Shown: positions 29,838 through 38,387, counted from the stretch's first letter. The stretch: 61,976 nt of DNA from a virus (IMGVR_UViG_3300043788_000036:1-61976), one strand, 5' to 3'. Numbers and translations: made by a program. The notes: generated by a model not told the origin, from the letters alone.

Positions 29838-30365
29838 TTACTCGTTATTCGCAAGTCGACGCATGTCTTTCAGAGCCGAGTCATTGTCGTCGTAGAAACG
29901 CGCAGGATTGATGTGATAGCCGCTCTCTCGGTAGATCAACATAGCGGCGAGTTCCGTGTTGTGGAAGCGCTCCAGGGCGTAGCCCGCCTCTCCCGCGAGA
30001 TGCACGACCCATCCCGCACGGCAGTGGGTCGTATCCCACGTATGCCACAATCCCATGTTGAGTGCGTGTGGGCGATTAACAGCCTCTAAAACCCGCTGGT
30101 GGATATTGTCGATGCGAGGGATTGGCGGCGCGCCCACATCGTTTTTTATAGTCGGGTCCGCGTGAATGCCTATCTTATCGTTTAGGTAGGCAAGATGCGA
30201 GCAGTCCGAGCAGTCCGAGCAGTACGAGCAGTCCGAGCAGTTGGTACAGTTTCGACAGTCTTTCAGACTATCCAAAGCAGCCTGAGCCGCTTCTAGAGAA
30301 CCGAAGTACGAGATGCTACATCGGTTTCCGTTAGTATCTATCAGCCAATCGTTATCAGTTGACAT
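29838..30365 (-). CDS. Phage protein with Cxx tripeptide repeats
   Basis: CRNCTNCSDCSYCSDCSDCS followed by a TTHCRAGWVVHLAG domain. Confidence 0.7.
   Translation of the reverse strand: MSTDNDWLIDTNGNRCSISYFGSLEAAQAALDSLKDCRNCTNCSDCSYCSDCSDCSHLAYLNDKIGIHADPTIKNDVGAPPIPRIDNIHQRVLEAVNRPHALNMGLWHTWDTTHCRAGWVVHLAGEAGYALERFHNTELAAMLIYRESGYHINPARFYDDNDSALKDMRRLANNE
30198..30262. repeat. 9-bp tandem repeat (gagcagtcc variants)
   Basis: Directly visible; encodes the Cys-Ser-Asp repeats. Confidence 0.85.
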
Positions 30366-30378
30366 TTATTAACTCCAA

Positions 30379-30615
30379 TCACTCGTTGCCCGCGATAGGA
30401 CCACATTTACATTGCGCTAGCGTCTTGGCTCCGCACGCAGAACACCAAGGAGTAGGGTCGTAACTACCCTGCTCCTTGCGCAATTCGCGAAGCGCTTCTT
30501 CAACAGTTTCCAATCCGTAACCGTCAATAAGTGCCTCAAGCTCTTCCGCAAGTGCGGGGTTGGTAATTAATACTTCGCGAGTCACAGTAGAACCCTCTCT
30601 GTTATGATTGAACAC
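30379..30615 (-). CDS. Hypothetical protein with C-terminal Cys4
   Basis: WCSACG..CKCG. Confidence 0.55.
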   Translation of the reverse strand: MFNHNREGSTVTREVLITNPALAEELEALIDGYGLETVEEALRELRKEQGSYDPTPWCSACGAKTLAQCKCGPIAGNE

Positions 30616-30664
30616 GTTTAGTCCTTGAAGGGGCGCCTAGGGCGCGCCCCAGTTATTGTGTTTG

Positions 30665-31240
30665 TTACGCGACCATCTGCAGGACCTTGCCCGCTTCTCG
30701 CTCGAGGTATTTGGCCGCTTTGCGAAGTAGTGTAGGCGAATCCTTCATCATACCTAGGGCTTGATTACACCTAGTACATAATAAGCCACGTACTGCACCT
30801 GTCTTGTGATCATGGTCTATCGACAAGGTAGACTTACCTTTTGCGGTTTCAGTATTTTCACACACGGCACAGACACCTTTTTGCTGCTTAAGTAATGCCT
30901 CTACTTGAGTACTAGTGAGCCCAAACTTACTAGCTATGTAAGCGTGCCTCAAGGCAAGCGCATTATTCTTACGATAAGCTTTGAGGTACTGCGCAATTTT
31001 TACTCGGTTATGTTTAGCGTAGCGACGATTATAGTCTCTAAGTAAATAGTAGTTAGCTTCGCGCCACTTACGTTGCTGCTGTTGTGCCTTAGTACGATTT
31101 CTCGCGTAGCTACGTCGGTTTACCTTCAGTACTTTTTCAGGATCTTGTTTGTAACGCCAACGCTCATAACACTTATGACACCGTCCGCGCGCTCCTTTAG
31201 CGTCTAACTTACCTAGGCAATCTCTGCAGACCTTCTTCAC
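30665..31240 (-). CDS. Endonuclease VII-family nuclease (probably homing-type)
   Basis: QKGVCAVC..LSIDHDHKTGAVRGLLCTRCNQALG. Confidence 0.9.
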   Translation of the reverse strand: MKKVCRDCLGKLDAKGARGRCHKCYERWRYKQDPEKVLKVNRRSYARNRTKAQQQQRKWREANYYLLRDYNRRYAKHNRVKIAQYLKAYRKNNALALRHAYIASKFGLTSTQVEALLKQQKGVCAVCENTETAKGKSTLSIDHDHKTGAVRGLLCTRCNQALGMMKDSPTLLRKAAKYLEREAGKVLQMVA

Positions 31241-31276
31241 GCTGGCTACCGTGAGCGCGTTTGCGCTGTGGGATTA

Positions 31277-31305
31277 AGTATTAACGTTAATTGGGTAGGT
31301 GTCAA
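31277..31305 (-). promoter_or_regulatory. Sigma70-like promoter
   Basis: TTGACA-N17-AATACT. Confidence 0.65.
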
Positions 31306-31309
31306 CTAT

Positions 31310-31546
31310 TTAATCAGCTACTCCTGCTAAATCACAAAAGGCCGTTATCTTTCCATTACGGTCGATACCTAAAGCTTTCATAGCTGCAGTTACCTTGTCG
31401 TACCAGATAAGCTGCTTCTCACGGTCCAAGATGGCCCGCGTTCCAGGGAGTACTTCCGGTCTATCGTGCTTCAGTTGTAGAGCAACTTCCCGCTCTTGTG
31501 CTGTAAGGCGTAGTGCTGCTTGTGCATCTGATTCGTAAGTCTTCAT
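31310..31546 (-). CDS. Hypothetical protein
   Basis: ORF in the early operon. Confidence 0.55.
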   Translation of the reverse strand: MKTYESDAQAALRLTAQEREVALQLKHDRPEVLPGTRAILDREKQLIWYDKVTAAMKALGIDRNGKITAFCDLAGVAD

Positions 31547-31549
31547 ACC

Positions 31550-31858
31550 TTAGTTACCCTGCGTGACGACGGAATACGCTAGCTGCTGCGCGAATACGTC
31601 GTGAATGGCACGCGTGATCGCCTCTCCTTGGCAAGCGGTCGTCGAGTGGAACCGCGTGCCGTTGCGCACATCCGGATTGGGGCAGACCTTCCTGGCCGCA
31701 ACCTTGATGCGTTGGAACAGCTCGCGCGCACCTTCCGGGGTGTTCTTCTCGAGGTCACCGAAGTAGACGACGGTCTGGTGAACAGGCGGTGTCGCGTGTG
31801 CGGTCCCCAATAAGCCAAGGGTCAAAGCGATAACAGCTAATTTTGAAAAGCGTGACAT
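31550..31858 (-). CDS. UrcA-family exported protein
   Basis: Signal peptide ending AHA; V.FGDL..TPEGARELFQRIKVAARKVC..C..EAI.RA. Confidence 0.8.
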   Translation of the reverse strand: MSRFSKLAVIALTLGLLGTAHATPPVHQTVVYFGDLEKNTPEGARELFQRIKVAARKVCPNPDVRNGTRFHSTTACQGEAITRAIHDVFAQQLAYSVVTQGN

Positions 31859-31956
31859 GTTCGTGATTCCTTGAAATTTATTTTGTGACTAAGTGCTCAG
31901 TGCACCGCGTAGCAACCCTGACCGTTCAAGGTGCTACACGCGGAACTTAGTTGCGG

Positions 31957-32736
31957 TTATTCAGTCAACACTAACCATTGACAGCCCGGTGCTTTCATAT
32001 CGATAAGTATTTTCACTACCTCCTCTGCAAAAGTGCTTAGTAATTTATCTATACTAACGATAGCGGCGTAGGTGGCGGTGTAGGCGGCGTAGGCGGCGTA
32101 GGCGGCGGCGTTGGTGGCGGCGGCGGCGTAGGCGGCGGCGTAGGCGGCGTAGGCGGCGTCGGCGGCGGCGTTGGTGGCGGCGTAGGCGGCGTTGGCGGCG
32201 GCGTTGGTGGCGGTGTAGGCGGCGTAGGCGGCGTCGGCGGCGGCGTTGGTGGCGGCGTAGGCGGCGTCGCGAGCGTTCTTTTCAGTTGGATCCCGCTCGC
32301 AGAGATCGGCAAGAGTCAGAAGCTTGTCCTTGTGAAAGGTCTTGCACACGGATGCCGCCGCGCGAAGCGCCTGAGGCACGCTGGATTTGATCGCCAATAA
32401 CACGACTCGTCGCGCGAATTCTTTCTCGTCCAATGCGCCCGCGCTCCCGAGCTGCGCCAGGGCAAGCCGACGCATACCGCGCGAACGAGCGATAGCTGAC
32501 GACCAACGGGAGTCGTTGAGACGTACCTTGAGACGACGCAGAGCAGGCGCCACGCACGATGGGTTATCACCATGCGGCAATCCCATGGCGTAACACACCG
32601 CAGCCTCCACGCACATTCGACCTGGGGCAGGGTTACCCAGGCCGCTGACCAGGCCAGCATCCACTGTTTCTAAAACTTTACGTGCGATATCAATATTAAT
32701 TTCCACTTTATTCTCCTGCGGGTTGTCTAAGTACAT
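31957..32736 (-). CDS. Phage protein with Ala-rich AAY/ATN repeats
   Basis: GRMCVEAAVCYAMG.PHGD.PSCV; repeat tract. Confidence 0.7.
   Translation of the reverse strand: MYLDNPQENKVEINIDIARKVLETVDAGLVSGLGNPAPGRMCVEAAVCYAMGLPHGDNPSCVAPALRRLKVRLNDSRWSSAIARSRGMRRLALAQLGSAGALDEKEFARRVVLLAIKSSVPQALRAAASVCKTFHKDKLLTLADLCERDPTEKNARDAAYAATNAAADAAYAAYTATNAAANAAYAATNAAADAAYAAYAAAYAAAATNAAAYAAYAAYTATYAAIVSIDKLLSTFAEEVVKILIDMKAPGCQWLVLTE
32063..32270. repeat. GCC-based low-complexity tandem repeat
   Basis: ggcggcgta / ggcggcgtt / ggtggcg units. Confidence 0.9.
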
Positions 32737-32772
32737 CGTGTAGCGCCCTAGTCTGACGCTACGGCGATTAAC

Positions 32773-32979
32773 TCAGAGCGGCCCTGTTGCGAGGATTACT
32801 TGCGCCATTGGCGTCTTAGACACTTCATCAAGAATACGTGTCCAACCTGCGTTACCGTAGTACTCTGGGTCGCTCTTGAACAGGTTCCACATGGCCTGTC
32901 GCACATCGAGACGTAAGCGACGCCCTTCACACCATTTTTTGAAGTGCTGCTGGTCTTGGTAGTCAGGTCGCGCTGTCAT
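32773..32979 (-). CDS. Hypothetical early protein
   Basis: AGGAG-N6-ATG at 32979. Confidence 0.55.
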   Translation of the reverse strand: MTARPDYQDQQHFKKWCEGRRLRLDVRQAMWNLFKSDPEYYGNAGWTRILDEVSKTPMAQVILATGPL

Positions 32980-33016
32980 TTCAGTCTCCTGTTTAGTGCG
33001 TTTCTCGATGTGAAGT

Positions 33017-33046
33017 AGCTTATCGTCTGTGGTCAGTGTTGTCAAC
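33017..33046 (-). promoter_or_regulatory. Sigma70-like promoter with TGACCACA box in the spacer
   Basis: TTGACA-N17-TAAGCT; near-identical to 33513-33531. Confidence 0.7.
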
Positions 33047-33286
33047 TAATTTATCAAGTATACCCGGCCCGTGATCTTTATCCATACGCACTGTGCCAAA
33101 CAAGTACCATTCGGCGCGGCTATCCAATTCACAAGCTTGCTTACGCGCAGCGTCTACCGCAGCCAATGCTCCTACGTGATCGTTTGTGAATGGTCCTTTC
33201 AATAAACGATATTCACGACTAGCGTTCCCGTTTTCACGAACCACAGAAACGTAATAGAACCCAGGTCTAGTGTCCGGTAGTTGCAT
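33020..33286 (-). CDS. Hypothetical early protein
   Basis: GFYYVSV..LLKGPF..H..AL..V..AR. Confidence 0.6.
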   Translation of the reverse strand: MQLPDTRPGFYYVSVVRENGNASREYRLLKGPFTNDHVGALAAVDAARKQACELDSRAEWYLFGTVRMDKDHGPGILDKLVDNTDHRR

Positions 33287-33476
33287 CTTCTTCCACCCAC
33301 TTAAACCCTGGGAGGGTCTCAGCTTCGGCTATTTTCCTCGCGGCTGCCGTGTACTTGCGTTTAATGTTATTAAGGTAGCGTGCGTCATTCAAAAGTTTTA
33401 CGGCTTTTTCCGCTACGTCGCATGTAGCCGTAACGCGCTCGTCGAAAATTACTTGTTTACCGCTAGCTCTATACAC
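33267..33476 (-). CDS. Hypothetical early protein
   Basis: AAGGAG RBS before GTG. Confidence 0.55.
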   Translation of the reverse strand: MYRASGKQVIFDERVTATCDVAEKAVKLLNDARYLNNIKRKYTAAARKIAEAETLPGFKWVEEDATTGH

Positions 33477-33501
33477 GTAAGTCTCCTTAACCAGTGACGC
33501 T

Positions 33502-33572
33502 ATTCAATCACGTGTGGTCAGAGTTGTCAACGTCCTTGTGCAAATATTTTTGGTGTGGTAGCTTTTGACCAC
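33502..33572. promoter_or_regulatory. Divergent promoter / operator region
   Basis: Leftward TTGACA-N17-TTGAAT; rightward TTGTGC-N17-TAGCTT; inverted GTGGTCA/TGACCAC boxes. Confidence 0.6.
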
Positions 33573-33573
33573 T

Positions 33574-33771
33574 ATGGCACAAAAAACGCAGTTACAGAAG
33601 CACATTGACCAGCTAGTGGATAAACACAAGGGGGTACGCACAGCAGCTAGGGCGCTCGGGCTAGATCACGCTCTACTCTATAAGCTTCAGAAAGGCATAA
33701 GAAAATCAGCTAGCCCGGAGAGCTTACGGAAGCTAGGGTTACAACGAGTCGAGGAGATCAAACTGCTATGA
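33574..33771 (+). CDS. Cro/XRE-like HTH regulator
   Basis: GVRTAARALGLDHALLYKLQKG..ASPESLRKLGL. Confidence 0.75.
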   Translation: MAQKTQLQKHIDQLVDKHKGVRTAARALGLDHALLYKLQKGIRKSASPESLRKLGLQRVEEIKLL

Positions 33772-34049
33772 ACGAAGAGACATACCGAGGCACGGGCCGT
33801 ACGACGCGCGCTATGTTAGCCGCTAAACAAGGTGCAATATACATCTGGTGCAATGACCGATTGAATTACCCTAAAGACCTTACCAAGAAACATGGGAGAG
33901 GTGATCTGAAGGTTGTAGGCCCATCGTGGCTAACTGATAATGCATGGAGGGGTTTAAAGCTACCTGAGATAGTACTAGATCACGACGCTAAGTTAACTGA
34001 GCCACAATGGTGCTGTTATCACGCAGCTCTAGCCATGGTGCGTGAATGA
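33768..34049 (+). CDS. Small protein with degenerate P-loop-like motif
   Basis: RGTGRTT..IVLDHD. Confidence 0.55.
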   Translation: MNEETYRGTGRTTRAMLAAKQGAIYIWCNDRLNYPKDLTKKHGRGDLKVVGPSWLTDNAWRGLKLPEIVLDHDAKLTEPQWCCYHAALAMVRE

Positions 34050-34240
34050 CCGTCCGACGTATTCCAGGCTACTCCAAGCTCGTGCGCGAGCTACTGGATC
34101 CTGCGCGCCCCAAGTACTCGGAAGCAATCAAGTCATTCGCCGCGTTTGCGCCCGATGAGCGCATGTTCAAAGTGTTGGTGGCGCACTTGGATGATGCGTG
34201 CGAAGAAGTACTGACAACTAACAGAAGAGGACGAACATGA
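34046..34240 (+). CDS. Hypothetical protein
   Basis: ATGA-coupled on both sides. Confidence 0.55.
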   Translation: MTVRRIPGYSKLVRELLDPARPKYSEAIKSFAAFAPDERMFKVLVAHLDDACEEVLTTNRRGRT

Positions 34241-34506
34241 AAGTTTACATCACGAAGTACGCACTAACGGAAGGCATTCTCGAGGTAGACGCTGAGATAG
34301 ACGGTACTATGGCGAAATATCGTAACGGCGCTTTCCCTGTTTGTGCTCATGGGGAAGGCCGGGAGTGGCACCTGTTAGAGAAGAGCGCTTTAACCAAAAC
34401 AGAAGAACTGCGCCAACGTAAAATAGCGTCGTATACCAAAGCAATCGACAAACTCAAGAAAATGACTTTCAAAGTTAAAAAGTATGACTTCAATAAGGCT
34501 CGTTAA
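34237..34506 (+). CDS. Phage hypothetical protein
   Basis: KVYITKYALTEGI..EWH..RKIAS; GGACGAAC-ATG start. Confidence 0.7.
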   Translation: MKVYITKYALTEGILEVDAEIDGTMAKYRNGAFPVCAHGEGREWHLLEKSALTKTEELRQRKIASYTKAIDKLKKMTFKVKKYDFNKAR

Positions 34507-34653
34507 GAAAGCCTGCAAGACGTTAAAGCCGCACGTGTGGAAGCGTGCGGTGACTTGCTTTTGGTCCGAGCGGTGTTTGAAGTTAGGTTGCCAATGGGCT
34601 GCCTTCCACCAACTGCCTGAGGATTCCGCGCTGCGGCGGAAGAAGGCCTGGCT

Positions 34654-35229
34654 ATGCGTGTCTTAGTTGGGTGTGAATTTTCCGGTCTTGTTCGTGATGC
34701 TTTTCGCGCACGCGGGCATGACGCATGGAGTTGCGACCTGCTGCGCAGTGAGCGGGGTGGTCCGCACATTATAGGTAACGTTCTGGATTACTTGAATGCC
34801 AGTTGGGACATGCTTATCCAGTTTGCCCCCTGCACTTACTCAACTAACTCGGGAGTCCGTTGGTTATATAACGCTGACGGCGTAAAAGTCCTTTCCCGTT
34901 GGCGCAATATGCGCTCAGGGGCGAAGTTATTTAACCGTTTGATGAGTACAGATATACCCAGAATATGTGGTGAAAACCCGGTACCTCACAGGTACGCACG
35001 TGAAATAATGGGTTGCTACACGCAAATCATACAACCATGGCAGTTTGGCCACAACGAAACAAAAAAAACATGTCTATGGCTGAAAGGATTACCAGAACTG
35101 AAACCAACTAAAGTTGTATCGGGCAGGGAACCTCGCGTTCATTACGCTGCCCCCGGGGTAAATCGTTGGAAAGAACGCAGTAGAACACTGCAGGGGGTAG
35201 CAAACGCAATGGCAGAGCAGTGGGGTTGA
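34654..35229 (+). CDS. Short C5-cytosine methyltransferase-like protein
   Basis: VLVGCEFSG.VRDAF, SCDL, APCT, ENP, KKTCLWLKGLP, RSRT..GVA.AMAEQWG. Confidence 0.75.
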   Translation: MRVLVGCEFSGLVRDAFRARGHDAWSCDLLRSERGGPHIIGNVLDYLNASWDMLIQFAPCTYSTNSGVRWLYNADGVKVLSRWRNMRSGAKLFNRLMSTDIPRICGENPVPHRYAREIMGCYTQIIQPWQFGHNETKKTCLWLKGLPELKPTKVVSGREPRVHYAAPGVNRWKERSRTLQGVANAMAEQWG

Positions 35230-35356
35230 CTTGACGGCTAAGCTTCGCGGGGGCTAGCGTCACCAGACTTTCACAATTCGAAAAAGGACGACCCGCCCAC
35301 TCCTGGTGCTGCCTCGAAACAGGCGGGGTCCCTATCACGCACGAGAAAACTCACAC

Positions 35357-37261
35357 ATGGCCAAGTTAACCGACGAGCGCATCGGTCGTCAATCTACCCT
35401 CGTTCGAAAAGTCAAGAGGAACGGCGCCGGCAATGGGGTAGGGCATGGGGAGCCTATTGCGCTGACCTCCGAAATCCGGACCGCGCTCGCAGTGGCTCGG
35501 GACTACCCCGTGTTCCCGTGTGACGGTATCAGTAAGTCACCACTTACTAAAACGGGCTTCAAGGAGGCGACTCAGGACGCCGAGATCGTGGCCAGGTGGT
35601 GGCGTAGGTACCCCCAAGCCCTCATAGGGGTGCCCACGGGCTCCCTAAGCGGTTTGGTGGCCATCGACTGCGACCCTAAGAGCGGCGACTGGTTCCAAAG
35701 GCATCGGGCAAAGCTTGGAACGTTCCGCATGCACCGCACGCGTCGCGGCAAGCACCTGCTGTACCAATACCCCGAAGGGTCTGGAATTCGGATCAGCAAA
35801 AGCTCCGACACGATCGATGTGCGGGGAGAGGGGGGGTATGTCGTGTGGTGGCCCGCACATGGGGGTGAGGCATTCGGAGAGCTGGGTGAGTTACCGGGAT
35901 GGTTATCGGAGTTATGTAAAAAGCTGGCGGGAGGTCGGGCGCCGAACAGCCAGGAAGGAGGGGTTGCCCCGGAAGTCGAGAGTCGCGATGCGCGCAAGTT
36001 CAAAGAGGGGGGGAGAAACGATGCGTTGAGCGCGCGGGCATATCACTACCGCAAAATGGGCTTGTCCACTCGCGAGATAGGACAAGCGCTGTTGCAATAT
36101 GACTTGGAGCATTGCGAGCCCCCGTACCAACACACGGACGGTAAGGACAAGGTTCTCTACATTGCACGTAAGAAAAATAACGTATTGACGGAAGAGCAGG
36201 AGAAGCGTCGGGCGGACGAAGCTAAAGTGGAGTTGTTGAGTGCGGCGGATGTACCGGAGGAGCGCGTCGATTGGTTGTGGAAGGGGTTCCTTGCGCGCAA
36301 CAAGCTGCATTTGTTGTCGGGAGCCGGCGGCTCGCTGAAGTCGACCTTGACGCTTGAAATGGCCAAAGTGGTTTCTACGGGGGGTGAGTGGCCCGATGGT
36401 ACGCGGTGCCGGCGTGGCAACGTCATTCTCTGGACGGGTGAGGATGATCTGGGGGATACGGTAAAGCCTCGATTGAGGTTTGCAGGAGCTGATCAAACAC
36501 GGGTGTATTTTGTCGATGAAGTGGATGAGAAAGGCAAGAAGCGCGCTTTCAACCCTGCGGTCGACATGGAGAAGCTGAGCCGGGCCTGTGCGCAGCTGGG
36601 GGAGGTTTCGCTCGTCATCATCGACCCTGCGATTTCGGTTGTGCAACGGGATTCAAACTCAGCTGCAGAAGTACGCAAGGGGCTGGACTCACTCATTGCG
36701 CTCGGCAGGAAGCACAAGGCCGCTGTGTTGGGTATTCATCACGTCAACAAGGGCAGTAAGGGGAAGACTCCAGGCGAGCGCGTTACGGGAAGCGGTGCGT
36801 GGACGCAGGCTCCTCGATTGTCATTGATGGTAGGTGCTATCGATGCGGGAGACGACAAGGTGCCCAACCGCTGGGTGTTCTTTTGCGAGAAGACGCAAGG
36901 CCGAGGGCGCGGGGTCGGGTATGAATATACGTTTGAGGAGGAGCCTAAGACCGAGTTGACGCGCATCGCGTGGGGCAGAAGGTTGGAGGGCAGCCCGCAG
37001 TCTATTCTCGCGGAAGCCGAAGGCACGGAAGGCGAGGGCTCCAAGATTGCAATCGCGGTCAAATTCTTGAAAAAGCTTCTGTCCAAAGGTTCAGTTAATA
37101 ACTGGGAAATACATAAACAAGCCGAAGATGCGGGTATTCGAGGGATAACTTTGACCAGGGCGGCTGCTGAATTGAAAGTAATAAAGCTAAAAGCAGGTAA
37201 GAACTCGTTCAGGTGGGGGTTACCTGAAGAAGATGAAGACGCCTCGCGTATACCTACGTAG
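35357..37261 (+). CDS. Bifunctional primase-polymerase fused to an AAA/RepA-type helicase, with C-terminal winged-helix-like domain
   Basis: YPVFPC..K.P, IGVPTG, AIDCD, T..GKHLLY, IDVRGEGGYVV, GGRNDAL; GAGGSLKST; VIIDP; IHHVNK. Confidence 0.9.
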   Translation: MAKLTDERIGRQSTLVRKVKRNGAGNGVGHGEPIALTSEIRTALAVARDYPVFPCDGISKSPLTKTGFKEATQDAEIVARWWRRYPQALIGVPTGSLSGLVAIDCDPKSGDWFQRHRAKLGTFRMHRTRRGKHLLYQYPEGSGIRISKSSDTIDVRGEGGYVVWWPAHGGEAFGELGELPGWLSELCKKLAGGRAPNSQEGGVAPEVESRDARKFKEGGRNDALSARAYHYRKMGLSTREIGQALLQYDLEHCEPPYQHTDGKDKVLYIARKKNNVLTEEQEKRRADEAKVELLSAADVPEERVDWLWKGFLARNKLHLLSGAGGSLKSTLTLEMAKVVSTGGEWPDGTRCRRGNVILWTGEDDLGDTVKPRLRFAGADQTRVYFVDEVDEKGKKRAFNPAVDMEKLSRACAQLGEVSLVIIDPAISVVQRDSNSAAEVRKGLDSLIALGRKHKAAVLGIHHVNKGSKGKTPGERVTGSGAWTQAPRLSLMVGAIDAGDDKVPNRWVFFCEKTQGRGRGVGYEYTFEEEPKTELTRIAWGRRLEGSPQSILAEAEGTEGEGSKIAIAVKFLKKLLSKGSVNNWEIHKQAEDAGIRGITLTRAAAELKVIKLKAGKNSFRWGLPEEDEDASRIPT

Positions 37262-37262
37262 G

Positions 37263-37437
37263 TGATCGTTGGAAGGGGTTTATGCTGTATTTACCGCATT
37301 TCACCATCAATCACATATTGATCGTTGGTGTGATCGCTGGTAAAAGCATATATACTCACCAACGATCATACGAACGTTCTATATGTGATCGATGGTGGAA
37401 TACTATTTTTTATATATTAAAACCATTCAAACGATCA
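37263..37437. repeat. Iteron-like TGATCG(T/C/A)TGG repeats with AT-rich core; probable replication origin
   Basis: Copies at 37263, 37319, 37331, 37386 (+) and 37304, 37359, 37428 (-; two degenerate); AT tract about 37399-37422. Confidence 0.7.
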
Positions 37438-37470
37438 TTTAGGGTGTGTATACATGCGCGCGAGGGTAAG

Positions 37471-37863
37471 ATGATGAAAACCAAAAGAAAAATAAATGTA
37501 CTTTTCGGGGCTCCACGGGGATTAATAGCGAAGCTAGATAAGCTGGCCACTAAACGGCGTATGACGCGTTCAAAGCTCATACGAACCGCTATACGCCAAT
37601 TTTTGCTTAACCCCGAAGTACAAGAGGAAATAACTCCAAAGCCGCTACGTAGAACCGCCAGGGTTATTGAAGTAGAACAGTGGTTTCTTTCCACGATGCA
37701 GGAATACGGTAATCAGATGCGCAGCGCAGAGATGGGGCGTGAGGCGATTAAAGCAGGTATAGGGTGGGGCAGTTTAACGCCAGTAAGAACTACCCTACGC
37801 AAACAGGGTAGACTTCAACGGCCAGTCGATTGTGTGCGGGAGCCTTGGAGACTTCTCTGGTAG
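37471..37863 (+). CDS. Ribbon-helix-helix protein fused to a winged-helix-like domain
   Basis: KINVLF..GLIAKLDKLATKRRMTRSKLIRTAIRQFL; C-terminus resembles the primase C-terminus. Confidence 0.7.
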   Translation: MMKTKRKINVLFGAPRGLIAKLDKLATKRRMTRSKLIRTAIRQFLLNPEVQEEITPKPLRRTARVIEVEQWFLSTMQEYGNQMRSAEMGREAIKAGIGWGSLTPVRTTLRKQGRLQRPVDCVREPWRLLW

Positions 37864-38027
37864 ATGACTATATACATCAACCGCTATGTGTATTAACGCT
37901 AACTAACGATAGGACGAAGTCGTCGACAAGCTGCCGGAGCCTAAAACCTAACACTATGTACAAATACCTATGAATGAAGTATGGTGCAGGTGACGATTGT
38001 GCTTTAAATAACGCTAAGAGGACGAAC

Positions 38028-38387
38028 ATGAAAGCCGATAATAGATACGATGCTGACTATTCCGTGGTCTCAAGTCTGATGATGCTCCTGTCGAGGAGTG
38101 ACGCCAACCAACACGAACAATTCGCTGAAGGGTTGGAGAGCTGTTGGTCCATCGTGCGAAATAGTATGCCCAAAGAGTTACGAGATACTCCGTGTGCCTT
38201 GGTGCTGCAGGTGTACTTCCAGTATCACGGCGACTTACGCAAAGCGATTGCGGATTGTGAAGCGCTGTTGGTGAGCAAGGTCGGGTACGAAGCTCACCGA
38301 GAGCACATGGACCGCGTCAGAAACCAAGTAGGGGCTGTAGGAGGGCTTTTCGACCTGCTCCACGCCCTCAAGGAGGGCAAAGCGTGA
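38028..38387 (+). CDS. Hypothetical protein
   Basis: GAGGACGAAC-ATG at 38028. Confidence 0.6.
   Translation: MKADNRYDADYSVVSSLMMLLSRSDANQHEQFAEGLESCWSIVRNSMPKELRDTPCALVLQVYFQYHGDLRKAIADCEALLVSKVGYEAHREHMDRVRNQVGAVGGLFDLLHALKEGKA

Noticed and set aside
30665-30720. Endonuclease C-terminus LEREAGKVLQMVA as a remnant of a displaced gene
   Set aside because: Too short to support without an alignment
32063-32270. Variable repeats as a diversity-generating retroelement TR/VR pair
   Set aside because: No reverse transcriptase recognised and no separate template copy; this is an in-frame GCC-type repeat
37263-37437. CRISPR array
   Set aside because: Repeats are 10 bp, irregularly spaced and in both orientations
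37282-37470. N-terminal 63 codons of ORF 37282..37863
   Set aside because: They overlap the iteron/AT-rich region; ATG 37471 has an RBS and begins the RHH domain
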